Assembly (NCBI GenBank): GCA_963693105.1
Contig: OY843752.1
Location: 23,315-87,314 of the forward strand
DNA from: an uncultured candidatus Porisulfidus sp.
Lineage (GTDB): Bacteria > Pseudomonadota > Gammaproteobacteria > Poriferisulfidales > Oxydemutatoraceae
Direction: 5' to 3'
DNA: 64,000 nt
The notes below the pieces were generated by a model. The model was not told the origin of the DNA. It did no database searches and was given only the letters and a program-made list of their open reading frames with translations. Of this stretch, positions 47,643 through 57,020 are shown piece by piece (within the stretch, counting starts at the first letter, position 1; each line of letters begins with the position of its first letter). Made by a program: the position numbers and the translations under genes.

Positions 47643-48311
47643 ATGGACGACGCCGAGCAGGCGCGCGCCTACGCCACCGCCGACTTTGAGCAGGCGCACT
47701 CGGAGATTATGCGGTGCTTCGCGCAGTGTCTGGCGGGGCGGCTGTCCGCCGTGGACGGCGCGCCCGACGCCGCGTTTGACGCCGTGGACCTCGGCTGCGG
47801 CGACGCCGACATCGCGGTGCGGCTGGCGAAACTCCACCGGCGCGCGCGGGTGGTCGCGGTGGACGGCTCGCGCGAAATGCTGCGCCACGCGCAAGAGCGA
47901 ATCAGGAAAGAGCGACTCGGCGAACGCGTGCGCGTGGTCGAGGCGGTGCTGCCGCAAACGCCGCTGCCCGAAGGCGCGTACGACGTCATTGTCTCCAACA
48001 GCCTGCTGCACCACCTGCACGACCCGCAGGTGTTATGGCGCGTGGCGCGGCGCCTCGGCAAACCCGCGGCCTGTATTTTCGTCGCCGACTTGTCGCGCCC
48101 CGCCGACCTCGCACAGGTCGAGGCGCTGGTCGAACGCCACGCCGCCAACGAAGCCCCGGTTCTGCAACGCGACTTCCACAACTCGCTGCTGGCGGCCTTC
48201 ACGCCGGGCGAGATTGAAAACCAGTTGCAAGAAGCGGGACTCGCCCACCTCTCGGTAAAAACAATAGACGACCACCACCTGACCGTGTGCGGCGCCCTGA
48301 ACGCCGGATGA
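47643..48311 (+). CDS. Class I SAM-dependent methyltransferase
   Basis: Motif I 'VDLGCGDAD'. An alternative GTG start is at 47616. The listed ORF (from 47370) overlaps lysA in another frame and over-extends. Confidence 0.6.
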   Translation: MDDAEQARAYATADFEQAHSEIMRCFAQCLAGRLSAVDGAPDAAFDAVDLGCGDADIAVRLAKLHRRARVVAVDGSREMLRHAQERIRKERLGERVRVVEAVLPQTPLPEGAYDVIVSNSLLHHLHDPQVLWRVARRLGKPAACIFVADLSRPADLAQVEALVERHAANEAPVLQRDFHNSLLAAFTPGEIENQLQEAGLAHLSVKTIDDHHLTVCGALNAG

Positions 48312-48427
48312 ACCGGCAAACCGGCGACGGCGCGGCATCTTTCAGCGCGGCGCATTCGGTATAATCGGCAGCCGTCGGCAATCCGCGAACATCCGCGGGG
48401 CTGCAAACTACAGGAGACACCCTATCC

Positions 48428-49426
48428 ATGAGCACACTACTCATCACCGGCGGCGCAGGCTTCGTCGGCCACGCCGTTGTCGAGCACTTTCTGCACACCA
48501 CCGACTGGGACATTGTCTCGCTGGACCGCCTGGACTTCTCCGGCAACCTGAACAGGCTGGCCGAAGTGACCGGGGACAACCGCGACTTTCAACAGCGCCT
48601 GCGGATTGTCTGGCACGACCTCAAGGCCGAAATCAACCCGCAGGTGGCGGCGCAAATCGGCGAGGTGGACTACATCTTTCATCTCGCCGCCGCCTCTCAT
48701 GTTGACCGCAGCATCGAGTTTCCGATGGAGTTCGCCATGGACAACGTCGTCGGCACCGTGAATCTGCTGAACTTCGCCCGCGAGTATCAGACCGACACGT
48801 TGAAACTGCTGATTTACTTCAGCACCGACGAGGTGTTCGGGCCGGCCCCGCCGGGCGTGCATTACGGGGAGGACGACCGCTATGACTGCGGCAACCCCTA
48901 TTCGGCCTCGAAGGCGGGCGCCGAGCAGTTCGCCCTCGCGTACGAGAACACCTACAAGATGCCGATCGTCGTGACGCACACGATGAACGTGTTCGGCATT
49001 CGGCAGCACCCGGAGAAATATATCCCCAAGATCATCCGCTATGTGCTGGACGGCAAGACCCTGTCCATCCACGCCGATTCCACCCGCACCATTCCGGGGT
49101 CGCGCCATTACATAGACAACGGGGACGTTGCCAGCGCCCTGCGCTTTCTGGTGGACCACGCCGTCATCCGCGAGAAATACAACATCGTCGGCAAGGAGGA
49201 ATGCGACAACCTGCAACTGGCGCAGACCATCGCCGGCATCCTCGGCAAACCCCTGAACTACGAACTGGTGGACTTCCATTCGGCGCGCCCGGGCCATGAT
49301 TTGCGCTACGCCCTGAGCGGCCGCAAGATGGAGCGTCTCGGATGGGTGCCCGGGGACATCAGGCAGAGGCTGCAAAAAACCGTCGAGTGGTATCTCGCGC
49401 ACCAGGAGCGGTGGCTGCCGCGATGA
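48428..49426 (+). CDS. NAD-dependent epimerase/dehydratase (extended SDR; dTDP-glucose 4,6-dehydratase/UDP-sugar epimerase-like)
   Basis: 'LITGGAGFVGHA' Rossmann motif. 'YSASKAGAE' YxxxK. Confidence 0.8.
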   Translation: MSTLLITGGAGFVGHAVVEHFLHTTDWDIVSLDRLDFSGNLNRLAEVTGDNRDFQQRLRIVWHDLKAEINPQVAAQIGEVDYIFHLAAASHVDRSIEFPMEFAMDNVVGTVNLLNFAREYQTDTLKLLIYFSTDEVFGPAPPGVHYGEDDRYDCGNPYSASKAGAEQFALAYENTYKMPIVVTHTMNVFGIRQHPEKYIPKIIRYVLDGKTLSIHADSTRTIPGSRHYIDNGDVASALRFLVDHAVIREKYNIVGKEECDNLQLAQTIAGILGKPLNYELVDFHSARPGHDLRYALSGRKMERLGWVPGDIRQRLQKTVEWYLAHQERWLPR

Positions 49427-50676
49427 TGAAGTGTCTATGTCCAACCCGTTACACAAAGTCCGTGCTGGTTCTGTGCAAAATGCCCATGCTGTTTCTGCGC
49501 AAAATGCTGTCGATTCCACCCTATGTGGGTCCAATCCATTACACAAAGTCCGTGCTGTTTATGCTGCGGATACGGCTGCATACCAGCGTCCAATGGCATC
49601 CCGCCCTCCAGCGCCTCGTGGAGAAATGCTTTCCTCCGCTACCGAGGCTTTATTGCGGCGACCTCCCCCGCAAAAAACGCATAGGAGAAGTGGTCGTTTG
49701 CAGCCGCAGCGACGCGTATGTTGCAATCCGTCATCCCGTCGAAGAAGACGGATACGGAAATACTCTTGAGTGCAGACATTTCTTCTCCGCTTATCATGAT
49801 CCGGAGCGCGCAGGAGCCATCACCCGCAGCAGGCTCATGTCCTACCTTCCATTCGATGACTATTTCAGGACGTCCGGCATCATCCGTCAGACGATACTCT
49901 ACGATTACGAGACGCCGTTGCGGCGCAACTACCCATTCGACGCCTCCGCTCCCGTAATCTACATCTTTCATGCCTATCTTCCTGAGTTCATCCGCAAGAT
50001 GGCCCGCCGCAACGACAATCTCCGCAGGCGTATCTACGTGCTCAACACGGAGCAGCTGAGCGTGGATTACTACAGGACACGCTTGCTGGCGGTCCAGCGA
50101 CAAAACGTCGGAATACTGGATTACAGCCCCGCAAACATAAAATGTTTTCCGCACCCGTCAATCTATCTTCCCTACCGGCGCGGCAGACTGGAAACAAAGC
50201 GCCTGAAACGCTTTTCGGCAGGCCGGGCCGAGTACGATGTAGCCGTCATCGGAGCAAAATATGCACGCAGGACACACATCGTCAACCAACTGAAGCAACG
50301 CGGCATTACAGTCGCCTATCTGACCGACTCCTGGGGGGAGCAGCGTGACACAGCGGCCGGCAAAGCCAGAATCCTGCTGAATATACATGGCTATCCCGGC
50401 TGGACAATCTATGAACACATCCGCTGTGATCGCTGGATATTCGCCGGCAAACTGATTGTATCGGAGCAATGCAGCAATCAGGAGAGTCTGGACGTTGCCG
50501 ACAATGTCGTCTTCGCACCCTACGATGAACTGGTGCGGAAGGTCGAGGAAGCACTGGCCGGTTTCGATGACTTCCGGCGCGAATTCACCAACAACAATCT
50601 GGAACCAATCGCCATGGCGCGCGACGCGCACTGGCAGCGGTTCGCCGAGGCCTGCGCCCGGGATCTGGCGACATAG
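49426..50676 (+). CDS. Hypothetical protein with a glycosyltransferase-like C-terminal domain; start uncertain
   Basis: C-terminus 'ILLNIHGYPGWTIYEHIRCDRWIFAGKLIVSE' resembles GT-B (Glyco_trans_1-like) C-termini. The 5' 140 nt contain direct repeats. Alternative starts include 49561. Confidence 0.45.
   Translation: MKCLCPTRYTKSVLVLCKMPMLFLRKMLSIPPYVGPIHYTKSVLFMLRIRLHTSVQWHPALQRLVEKCFPPLPRLYCGDLPRKKRIGEVVVCSRSDAYVAIRHPVEEDGYGNTLECRHFFSAYHDPERAGAITRSRLMSYLPFDDYFRTSGIIRQTILYDYETPLRRNYPFDASAPVIYIFHAYLPEFIRKMARRNDNLRRRIYVLNTEQLSVDYYRTRLLAVQRQNVGILDYSPANIKCFPHPSIYLPYRRGRLETKRLKRFSAGRAEYDVAVIGAKYARRTHIVNQLKQRGITVAYLTDSWGEQRDTAAGKARILLNIHGYPGWTIYEHIRCDRWIFAGKLIVSEQCSNQESLDVADNVVFAPYDELVRKVEEALAGFDDFRREFTNNNLEPIAMARDAHWQRFAEACARDLAT
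49441..49557 (+). repeat. Two 27-bp direct repeats ('ccaa(c/t)cc(g/a)ttacacaaagtccgtgctg'), 90 bp apart, at the 5' end or leader of the downstream gene
   Basis: Copies at 49441-49467 and 49531-49557 with 2 mismatches. Also a 'tg(c/g)gcaaaatgc' sub-repeat between them. Confidence 0.6.
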
Positions 50677-50682
50677 CGCAAC

Positions 50683-50759
50683 TGGTAGGCGCGGCTGGAC
50701 TCGAACCAGCGACCCCCACCATGTGAAGATGGTGCTCTAACCAACTGAGCTACGCGCCC
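50683..50759 (-). tRNA. tRNA-Val (anticodon CAC)
   Basis: Reverse complement gives 'GGGCGCGTAGCTCAGTTGGTTAGAGCACCATCTTCACATGGTGGGGGTCGCTGGTTCGAGTCCAGCCGCGCCTACCA'. Cloverleaf with anticodon loop TTCACAT, close to E. coli tRNA-Val(GAC). Encoded CCA present. Confidence 0.85.
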
Positions 50760-50823
50760 GCAATCCGCGACATTTTCCGGCGCAACGGGGCCGGAAGTCA
50801 AGGCGCGTGCTATACTTCCCGCC

Positions 50824-51024
50824 ATGACCAAGCAGGAAAAAATCCAGAAAATGCTGGACATGCAAAAGCGGTTCAGGGAAAAAGAGCAAAGCGACGGCGT
50901 CTCGATGGAGGAATACCTGTCGCCGTCCGAAGGCTCGCCCCTGAACAACTACCGCCAGGAGTATATGAAACTCGCGATGGAAATCGTGGACGAAGCCCAC
51001 GAGGAAGTGGGCTCGAAGCGCTGA
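50824..51024 (+). CDS. Small hypothetical protein (66 aa, Lys/Glu-rich helical)
   Basis: ORF directly downstream of the tRNA. Plausible codon usage. No assignable family. Confidence 0.35.
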   Translation: MTKQEKIQKMLDMQKRFREKEQSDGVSMEEYLSPSEGSPLNNYRQEYMKLAMEIVDEAHEEVGSKR

Positions 51025-51042
51025 TCCATTCCACGCGCGGCA

Positions 51043-51384
51043 ATGCGGCTGAAAGTAACGGCGGGCGACCTCACCCGCGAGATGGAGCTGCCCGACGAAC
51101 TGCTGACCGGAGCCGAGGATTTCTTCACCCGCCTCGACGCCGACATGGACCGCGGCTGGCAGATGAGCCGGCGCTGGGTTGACAAGCCGGACACGATGCA
51201 ACGCTGCCAGATACTGGCCGACCGCATTCTGACCGCCTGGCACAACAAAAATCCGCAAATGGCCGGCCTCGCCGCCGCCTACATCGTAAAACGCCTGCCC
51301 AACGTCCGCCACATCACAATCGACGTGGACGGCGACATGACCCAAACCCGCTTCGAACCCGCCGCCACCGACGATGGGGGTTAA
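51043..51384 (+). CDS. Hypothetical protein (113 aa)
   Basis: Tandem with the 66-aa ORF. No assignable motif. Confidence 0.4.
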   Translation: MRLKVTAGDLTREMELPDELLTGAEDFFTRLDADMDRGWQMSRRWVDKPDTMQRCQILADRILTAWHNKNPQMAGLAAAYIVKRLPNVRHITIDVDGDMTQTRFEPAATDDGG

Positions 51385-51443
51385 CGGGCCCGTCCAATCA
51401 GACACATTGCCTTGTTTTTAATGGCATCCTGTCCAGGCAGTTC

Positions 51444-52460
51444 TCAGTGCGCCAGCAGGCGGGATTGCAGTTCGTTCCAGACGGTTGCGAGCGGCGGACG
51501 CTGCGTCGGGCGGCGGCGCACCACCGCTACCGGCAACAGGCCGCCGCCGTCGCCGCGCGCGGCGACGCGAAAGCGAAAGGCATAAAAGCCGCCCGTGCCC
51601 ATGCGCAAATCAATCCAGTCCACGCCGTCGTCGCGCTCCTCGTAAAAATAATAGCCGTGTGAAAAATAAATCAGCCGCGCCAGTTCGGGGCTGTCGGCGG
51701 CCAGCGCGTCCAGCGCCGCGCGGTCGGGATGCGCCGGCGTTTTCTCGAACACCGGCGGGCGATGCGGCGCCAGCACCGAATACCAGCCCTGCCAATGGCC
51801 GTCGGCGGTGACGGCCAGCGCCCGCCACAACACGACATTGAACGGCGTGTTCATGGTCTTGACGCCGCGATGCTCGACGCCGCGCGCGTCCAGCGCCTCG
51901 GCAAACGCCTGCCCGGCGTGAACCTTGAGCAGCAGCCCCGCGACCAGATAGGCGGTGCTGAGCGCAAGCGCCGCGGCCGTCGCGCGGCGGCGCAAACCGG
52001 GCGCGCGGCGCACCGCCAGCAGCCAGACGATGGCGGCCAGCAGCGGCGCCGTGTAAAACGGATCAATGATGAACAGGCTCGACAACGCAAACGGATAGTC
52101 GCTCAGCGGATACAGAATCTGCGTGCCGTACACCGTGCACAAATCAATCACGATGTGCGTCACAAAACACCACAGCAGCAGATGCAGCCACTGTCCGCGC
52201 GCCAGACCCGCGCGCGGAAAAACCCGCGCGCACAGCACCGACAGTCCCCACGCCGCGAACGGCGCGACGACAAACGAATGCGTCAGACCGCGGTGGCCGG
52301 TAAAACGCGCCACATCGCTGACAAAAAACGACGCCAGCAGGTCGAGGTCGGGCAAAGTGCCGGCGATGGCGCCCAGCAGCAGCGCCCGGTTGCCGATGCG
52401 CCGCCCGGCGACCGCCTCGCCGACCACCGCGCCCAGCGCCGCCTGCGTGATGGAATCCAT
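51444..52460 (-). CDS. Membrane-bound metal-dependent hydrolase (DUF457/YdjM-YbcI family) with C-terminal extension
   Basis: 'MDSITQAALGAVVGEA...HRGLTHS' N-terminus typical of the family. Multiple TM segments. Confidence 0.6.
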   Translation of the reverse strand: MDSITQAALGAVVGEAVAGRRIGNRALLLGAIAGTLPDLDLLASFFVSDVARFTGHRGLTHSFVVAPFAAWGLSVLCARVFPRAGLARGQWLHLLLWCFVTHIVIDLCTVYGTQILYPLSDYPFALSSLFIIDPFYTAPLLAAIVWLLAVRRAPGLRRRATAAALALSTAYLVAGLLLKVHAGQAFAEALDARGVEHRGVKTMNTPFNVVLWRALAVTADGHWQGWYSVLAPHRPPVFEKTPAHPDRAALDALAADSPELARLIYFSHGYYFYEERDDGVDWIDLRMGTGGFYAFRFRVAARGDGGGLLPVAVVRRRPTQRPPLATVWNELQSRLLAH

Positions 52461-52469
52461 GTCAGGCGC

Positions 52470-53123
52470 TCACCGCGCGGACGGCCCCGGATACACCACC
52501 GGCTTCGGGTCAATGCTGCGCCACAAATACCAGGTGGCGACGGTGCGCCACGGCGCCCAGCGCGCGGCAATCGCCGCCACACGCTTGTCGCCGAGCTTGC
52601 GCCCGCCGTTGTACTGCCGCTCCATCGCATTGACCAGGCCGAGGTCGCCCAGCGGCACAACATCCGGGTGCTTGAGGTAGAAAATCGCGAACATCTCGAA
52701 CGTCCAGCGGCCGACGCCCGTGATTGCCAGCAGCGCTTCGCGCACCTCGTCCAGCGGCCGCTGGCGCCAGTAGCGCGGCGTGATGCGTCCGTCAACGAAA
52801 AACCGCGCGATGTTTTTCAGATATTGCGCCTTGCGCTGCGACAGGCCGCAGCGGCGCAGCGTCTCGAAATGGCAGCGGTGCAGTTTGCGCGGCGCCAGCG
52901 CGCCGAAATGCGCCAGCAGTTTGCGCCACACGCTGTCCGCCGCTTGCAGCGAAATCTGCTGCCCGACCACCGCGCGGCACAACGTCGCGAACGCATCGCC
53001 GCCGCCGCGCAGACAACTGCCGCTGAAATCACTGACCAGGCGCGCCATCACCGGGTCGCGCCGCGACAACTCGGCGCAGGCGCGCGGCCAGTAAGCCGGG
53101 CATCGTCCGCGCCGTTCAGGCAT
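52470..53123 (-). CDS. alkA: DNA-3-methyladenine glycosylase II family (HhH-GPD, AlkA-like)
   Basis: HhH-GPD 'LLAITGVGRWTFEMF...PLGDLGL' with the catalytic Asp. Start chosen at the internal Met; the listed ORF over-extends into the ABC transporter gene. Confidence 0.7.
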   Translation of the reverse strand: MPERRGRCPAYWPRACAELSRRDPVMARLVSDFSGSCLRGGGDAFATLCRAVVGQQISLQAADSVWRKLLAHFGALAPRKLHRCHFETLRRCGLSQRKAQYLKNIARFFVDGRITPRYWRQRPLDEVREALLAITGVGRWTFEMFAIFYLKHPDVVPLGDLGLVNAMERQYNGGRKLGDKRVAAIAARWAPWRTVATWYLWRSIDPKPVVYPGPSAR

Positions 53124-54963
53124 GGGCGGCTTCGGCGGCGCGCGAGCGGCGCGATTGCAGATCCCAGAACGTGCGGTAGAGGCCGCCTTTGGCGAGCAGT
53201 TGCGCGTGCGTGCCCTGCTCGATGATGCGCCCGTTCTCCATGACCAGGATGTGCCCGATGTGAACAATGGTGGACAAGCGGTGCGCGATGACCAACGTGG
53301 TGATGTCCGCCGACGCGCGCTCCAGCGCTTCGAGTATCGCCTTCTCCGAGCGCGAGTCGAGGCTGGAAGTGGCCTCGTCGAACACCAGGATGGACGGCTT
53401 TTTCAGCACCGCGCGCGCAATCGAGACTTTCTGCTTCTCGCCGCCGGAAAGTTTCAGCCCGCGTTCGCCGACCAGGGTGTCATAACCGTCGGGCAGGCGC
53501 GTGATGAAGTCGTCGAGATCAGCGACCTTCGCCGCCGCCAGCACTTCCTCGCGCGACGCGCCGGGCGATCCGTAGAGAATGTTGTCGTATATCGTGCGAT
53601 TGAACAGCACCGTGTCCTGCGGCACGATGCCGATGCACCGGCGCAGGCTGGCCTGGGTGACCTCGCGCACATCGCGCCCGCCGACCCGGATGGCGCCGTG
53701 CTGCACATCGTAAAAGCGAAACAAAAGCCGCGCCAGCGTTGATTTACCGGAACCGGACGGGCCGACGATGGCGACCTTGCCGCCGGCGGGCACCGCAAAA
53801 CCGGCCTGCTCGATAATCTCGCGCCCCGGCCGGTAATGAAAACCGACGTTGTCGAAGACGACATCGCAAACACCGGCGCGCAACTCGGCGGCGTCGTCGC
53901 GGTCGCGCACCTCCTGCGGCTGGTCGAGCAGGCGGAAAATCAGGTCCATGTCGGCCAGCGCGTAGCGCACCGCGCGATAGACGACGCCGAGCATGCCGAG
54001 CGGCAGGAACAATTGCAGCATCATCGTGTTGACCAGAATCAGATCGCCCAGGGTCATGCTGCCGGCGGCGACGCCGGTGGCCGCGAAGAATATCACCGCC
54101 GTGAGGCCGGCGGCGATGATCAGACCCTGGCCGAAGTTCAGCGCCGACATCGTCGTCTGGCTCATCACCGCGACCTGCTCCCATTCCTTCAGCAAAGCGC
54201 CGTAGCGGCGGCATTCCATCTCCTCGCCGTTGAAGTACTTGACGGTCTCGTAGTTGATGACGCTGTCCACCGCCAGTTGGTTGGCCTGCGAGTCGAGTTC
54301 GTTCATGCGGTAGCGAAAGCGCACGCGCCAGTTCGTGAACAGCACGGTGAAGGCGACATAAACGGCGACCGTCGAGAAAACCACGGCGCCGAAGTGCGCC
54401 GGATAAAGGCCGAACAGATAGAGCGCGACCAGCGCGAATTCCGCCGCCACCGGCAGGATGTGAAAGGCGAGGTAATTGAGGAGGGTCGAAACGCTCTGCG
54501 TGCCGCGCTCCAGGTCTCTGAACACGGCGCCGGTTTCCCTCTCCAGATGAAACCGCAGCGACAACCGGTGCAGGTGCGAGAGCACCCGCAGCGACAGCCG
54601 GCGCATCGCGCGGTAGCGCACCCGCGCGAAAACAGCGTCGCGCAATTCGTTGAACAGCGCGCTCACCAGGCGCAGGCCGCCGTAGGCGAGAAGAAACACC
54701 ACCGGCAGCGCCAGCGCCCGCCCGCGCGCGGTGTCCAGCGCGTCCACGATTTCCTTGAGCACCAGCGGCACACCGATGACCGCAAGTTTGGCAATGACCA
54801 GGCAGACGAGCGCGAACACCACGCGCCCGCGGTACTCCCACAGGTACGGCAGAATCCGCCGCAGGTTGTACCAGTCGGCACGCTCGCCGTGCGGCCCGTC
54901 CGTGCGCCGCACCAGCGCCGACATCACGCGCGCCGAGTTCGCCATGCTGCGGATGCCGTCCAT
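53116..54963 (-). CDS. ABC transporter permease/ATPase fusion, ATM1/HMT1-type exporter
   Basis: TMD with 'YNLRRILPYLWEYRG'. Walker A 'GPSGSGKST', signature 'LSGGEKQK', Walker B 'ILVFDEATSSLD'. Start set at the Met 'MDGIRS'; the upstream 200 Arg-rich codons overlap ispB and are discarded. Confidence 0.8.
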   Translation of the reverse strand: MDGIRSMANSARVMSALVRRTDGPHGERADWYNLRRILPYLWEYRGRVVFALVCLVIAKLAVIGVPLVLKEIVDALDTARGRALALPVVFLLAYGGLRLVSALFNELRDAVFARVRYRAMRRLSLRVLSHLHRLSLRFHLERETGAVFRDLERGTQSVSTLLNYLAFHILPVAAEFALVALYLFGLYPAHFGAVVFSTVAVYVAFTVLFTNWRVRFRYRMNELDSQANQLAVDSVINYETVKYFNGEEMECRRYGALLKEWEQVAVMSQTTMSALNFGQGLIIAAGLTAVIFFAATGVAAGSMTLGDLILVNTMMLQLFLPLGMLGVVYRAVRYALADMDLIFRLLDQPQEVRDRDDAAELRAGVCDVVFDNVGFHYRPGREIIEQAGFAVPAGGKVAIVGPSGSGKSTLARLLFRFYDVQHGAIRVGGRDVREVTQASLRRCIGIVPQDTVLFNRTIYDNILYGSPGASREEVLAAAKVADLDDFITRLPDGYDTLVGERGLKLSGGEKQKVSIARAVLKKPSILVFDEATSSLDSRSEKAILEALERASADITTLVIAHRLSTIVHIGHILVMENGRIIEQGTHAQLLAKGGLYRTFWDLQSRRSRAAEAAHA

Positions 54964-54971
54964 CACCGGCC

Positions 54972-55943
54972 TCAGCGGTCGCGCTCCACCGCGAAATCGG
55001 CCAGTGCCTCGAGCGCCGCCTTGCCTGAAGAAGTCGCCAGCGGCGCCAGACACTCGCATGCGCGGCTCGCGTAATGGCGCGCCCTGGCGCGCACGTAATC
55101 GAGCGAGCCGGCGGACTCGAAAACCGCCAGCGCCGTGTCGAGGCCGTCGTCGCTGCCGAGGGCGCCGTGCAACGCCGCCGCTTCGTCGCGCGCGCAATGC
55201 GCCAGCGCGTGGATGAAAGGCAGCGTCGGCTTGCCTTCGCGCAAATCCTGGCCGCGGGTTTTGCCGGTGCCTGCGCCGCTGTAATCGAGCAGGTCGTCCA
55301 CCAGTTGAAACGCAAGCCCGATGTTGAGACCGAAGCGCGCCACCGACTCCTGCAAGGCGCCGCCGGCGCCGGCGACCATCGCTCCGGCGCGGCAGGCGAC
55401 CTCGAACAGCACCGCGGTCTTGCACTCGATGACCCGGATGTATTCGTCCTCGCCGGTGTCGGCGCGGCGGATGTTGACCAGTTGCCGGACCTCGCCCTCG
55501 GCAATCACGTTGGTCGCCCGCGACAACACCGCGGGCAGGCCGGCATGGCCGATTTCGCACACCATCTGAAACGCCCTTGAGTAGAGAAAATCACCGACCA
55601 GCACACTGGCGGCGTTGCCCCAGATGTTTCTGGCCGTTTGCCTGCCGCGGCGCAGCGCCGAATCGTCCACGACATCGTCGTGCAGCAAAGTCGCGGTGTG
55701 GATGAACTCGATGCCCACTGCAAGATCCAGATGGCTGCGGCGCACGCCGCCGCCGACCAGCGCCGACAACAGCACCAGCGCCGGGCGCAAGCGCTTGCCG
55801 CCGCCGATGACATGGCCGCCCAGGCGGTCTATCAGATCGAGGCCGGAATGCAGATGGCGCTCAATCAGCGCATCCACCTGCTCCAGTTCAGCGCTGATTT
55901 GTGGTATTATCTCAAAGGTTTGCACTTTTCCTGATTTTAGCAC
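54972..55943 (-). CDS. ispB: Octaprenyl-diphosphate synthase
   Basis: Aligns throughout with E. coli IspB ('IEFIHTATLLHDDVVD', 'FQLVDDLLDY', 'GKPTLP'). Divergent from rplU as in E. coli. Confidence 0.9.
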   Translation of the reverse strand: MLKSGKVQTFEIIPQISAELEQVDALIERHLHSGLDLIDRLGGHVIGGGKRLRPALVLLSALVGGGVRRSHLDLAVGIEFIHTATLLHDDVVDDSALRRGRQTARNIWGNAASVLVGDFLYSRAFQMVCEIGHAGLPAVLSRATNVIAEGEVRQLVNIRRADTGEDEYIRVIECKTAVLFEVACRAGAMVAGAGGALQESVARFGLNIGLAFQLVDDLLDYSGAGTGKTRGQDLREGKPTLPFIHALAHCARDEAAALHGALGSDDGLDTALAVFESAGSLDYVRARARHYASRACECLAPLATSSGKAALEALADFAVERDR

Positions 55944-55949
55944 CGGGGC

Positions 55950-55977
55950 TTGAATCCTCCACCCGAATGGATATAAT
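55950..55977 (+). promoter_or_regulatory. Putative sigma70 promoter TTGAAT-N16-TATAAT for the rplU operon and the small upstream ORF
   Basis: -35 at 55950-55955, -10 at 55972-55977, about 45 nt upstream of the 56025 ORF, which has a strong AAAGGAGGG RBS. Confidence 0.4.
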
Positions 55978-56024
55978 CACTGGTTCATCAACCAACCTCA
56001 ATAATAACAAAGGAGGGCCAGCTC

Positions 56025-56345
56025 ATGGCAGAACAACAACAAAATCCAGAACAGCAGCAACAAGCGGAATTTCCAAAGATTGATTTTGATCAGTTGCCGG
56101 ACATGCGCGAGACCATCTCGGGTATTATCGGGTTACTGTGCTATTCAGACACCGACCTTCGCGCCATGTTGCTTGAAGACGGACTGAACAGCAAAAATCT
56201 GACCGCTGTTGTTGACAAAATCCGGGCGTTTTACACCCAGATTGGCAAAGAAGCCCCCGACCTGTCGTGGATGGAAAAGACAAAATTCAACATCCACAAA
56301 AACGACGACAACACCTACGTCATCCCCCTGCCGCACACAGAGTGA
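56025..56345 (+). CDS. Hypothetical small protein (106 aa) at the head of the rplU-rpmA-obgE operon
   Basis: Strong RBS 'aaaggaggg'. Gln-rich N-terminus. Lower GC than its neighbours. No equivalent gene at this position in E. coli. Confidence 0.4.
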   Translation: MAEQQQNPEQQQQAEFPKIDFDQLPDMRETISGIIGLLCYSDTDLRAMLLEDGLNSKNLTAVVDKIRAFYTQIGKEAPDLSWMEKTKFNIHKNDDNTYVIPLPHTE

Positions 56346-56364
56346 ACCTTCGGGAGCAACCCCG

Positions 56365-56679
56365 ATGATTTATGCGGTAATCGCCACCGGCGGGAAACAA
56401 TACAAAGTCTCGCCGGGGGACGTCATCCAGGTCGAGAAACTCGACATGGAGGCAGGCAAGGCGATTGTTTTCGACAAGGTGTTGCTGGTGAACAACGACG
56501 GCAATCTCGACATCGGCGCACCCTATCTTGGGAACAGCGCCGTTGCCGGGAAGATCGTGCATCATGACCGTGACAAAAAAATCCGGATTATCCGCTTCAA
56601 GCGGCGCAAACGTCATTTGCGCCGCCTGGGTCATCGCCAGCCGTTCACCACCGTTGAAATTACCGGCATCCAGCCGTAA
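56365..56679 (+). CDS. rplU: 50S ribosomal protein L21
   Basis: '[27 protein letters not shown]'. The listed ORF over-extends upstream in the same frame. Confidence 0.9.
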   Translation: MIYAVIATGGKQYKVSPGDVIQVEKLDMEAGKAIVFDKVLLVNNDGNLDIGAPYLGNSAVAGKIVHHDRDKKIRIIRFKRRKRHLRRLGHRQPFTTVEITGIQP

Positions 56680-56705
56680 CCAACCCGGCCCGGGGAGAAA
56701 ACGAT

Positions 56706-56963
56706 ATGGCGCATAAAAAAGCGGGTGGCAGCACACGCAATGGAAGAGATTCCGAGTCGAAACGCCTCGGTGTCAAGAAATTCGGCGGCGAAACGGTGAA
56801 AGCCGGCAATATTCTCGTGCGCCAGCGCGGCACCCACTTCCACGCCGGCGCCAACGTCGGTTGCGGCAGGGATCATACTCTGTTCGCAACGGCGGCAGGC
56901 GCGGTCGTGTTCGCCTGCAAAGGCCCCCGGCACAGACGCTACGTCAGCGTCGTTCCCGCCTGA
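56706..56963 (+). CDS. rpmA: 50S ribosomal protein L27
   Basis: '[28 protein letters not shown]'. Confidence 0.9.
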   Translation: MAHKKAGGSTRNGRDSESKRLGVKKFGGETVKAGNILVRQRGTHFHAGANVGCGRDHTLFATAAGAVVFACKGPRHRRYVSVVPA

Positions 56964-57020
56964 CGAAACCATGCCCTGCCGGGGTTCCCGGCCTGTTGAT
57001 TTGCCGAAACCGGGCGAACG

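Noticed and set aside
52470-53267. Extended 265-aa form of the AlkA-like ORF
   Set aside because: The first 48 codons overlap the ABC transporter 3' end. The internal Met at 53123 gives a normal HhH-GPD protein length.
54964-55560. N-terminal 200 codons of the 814-aa ORF assigned to the ABC transporter
   Set aside because: Arg-rich, overlaps ispB on the same strand in another frame. The transporter starts at the Met 'MDGIRS' (54963), giving a typical about 615-aa ATM1-type protein.
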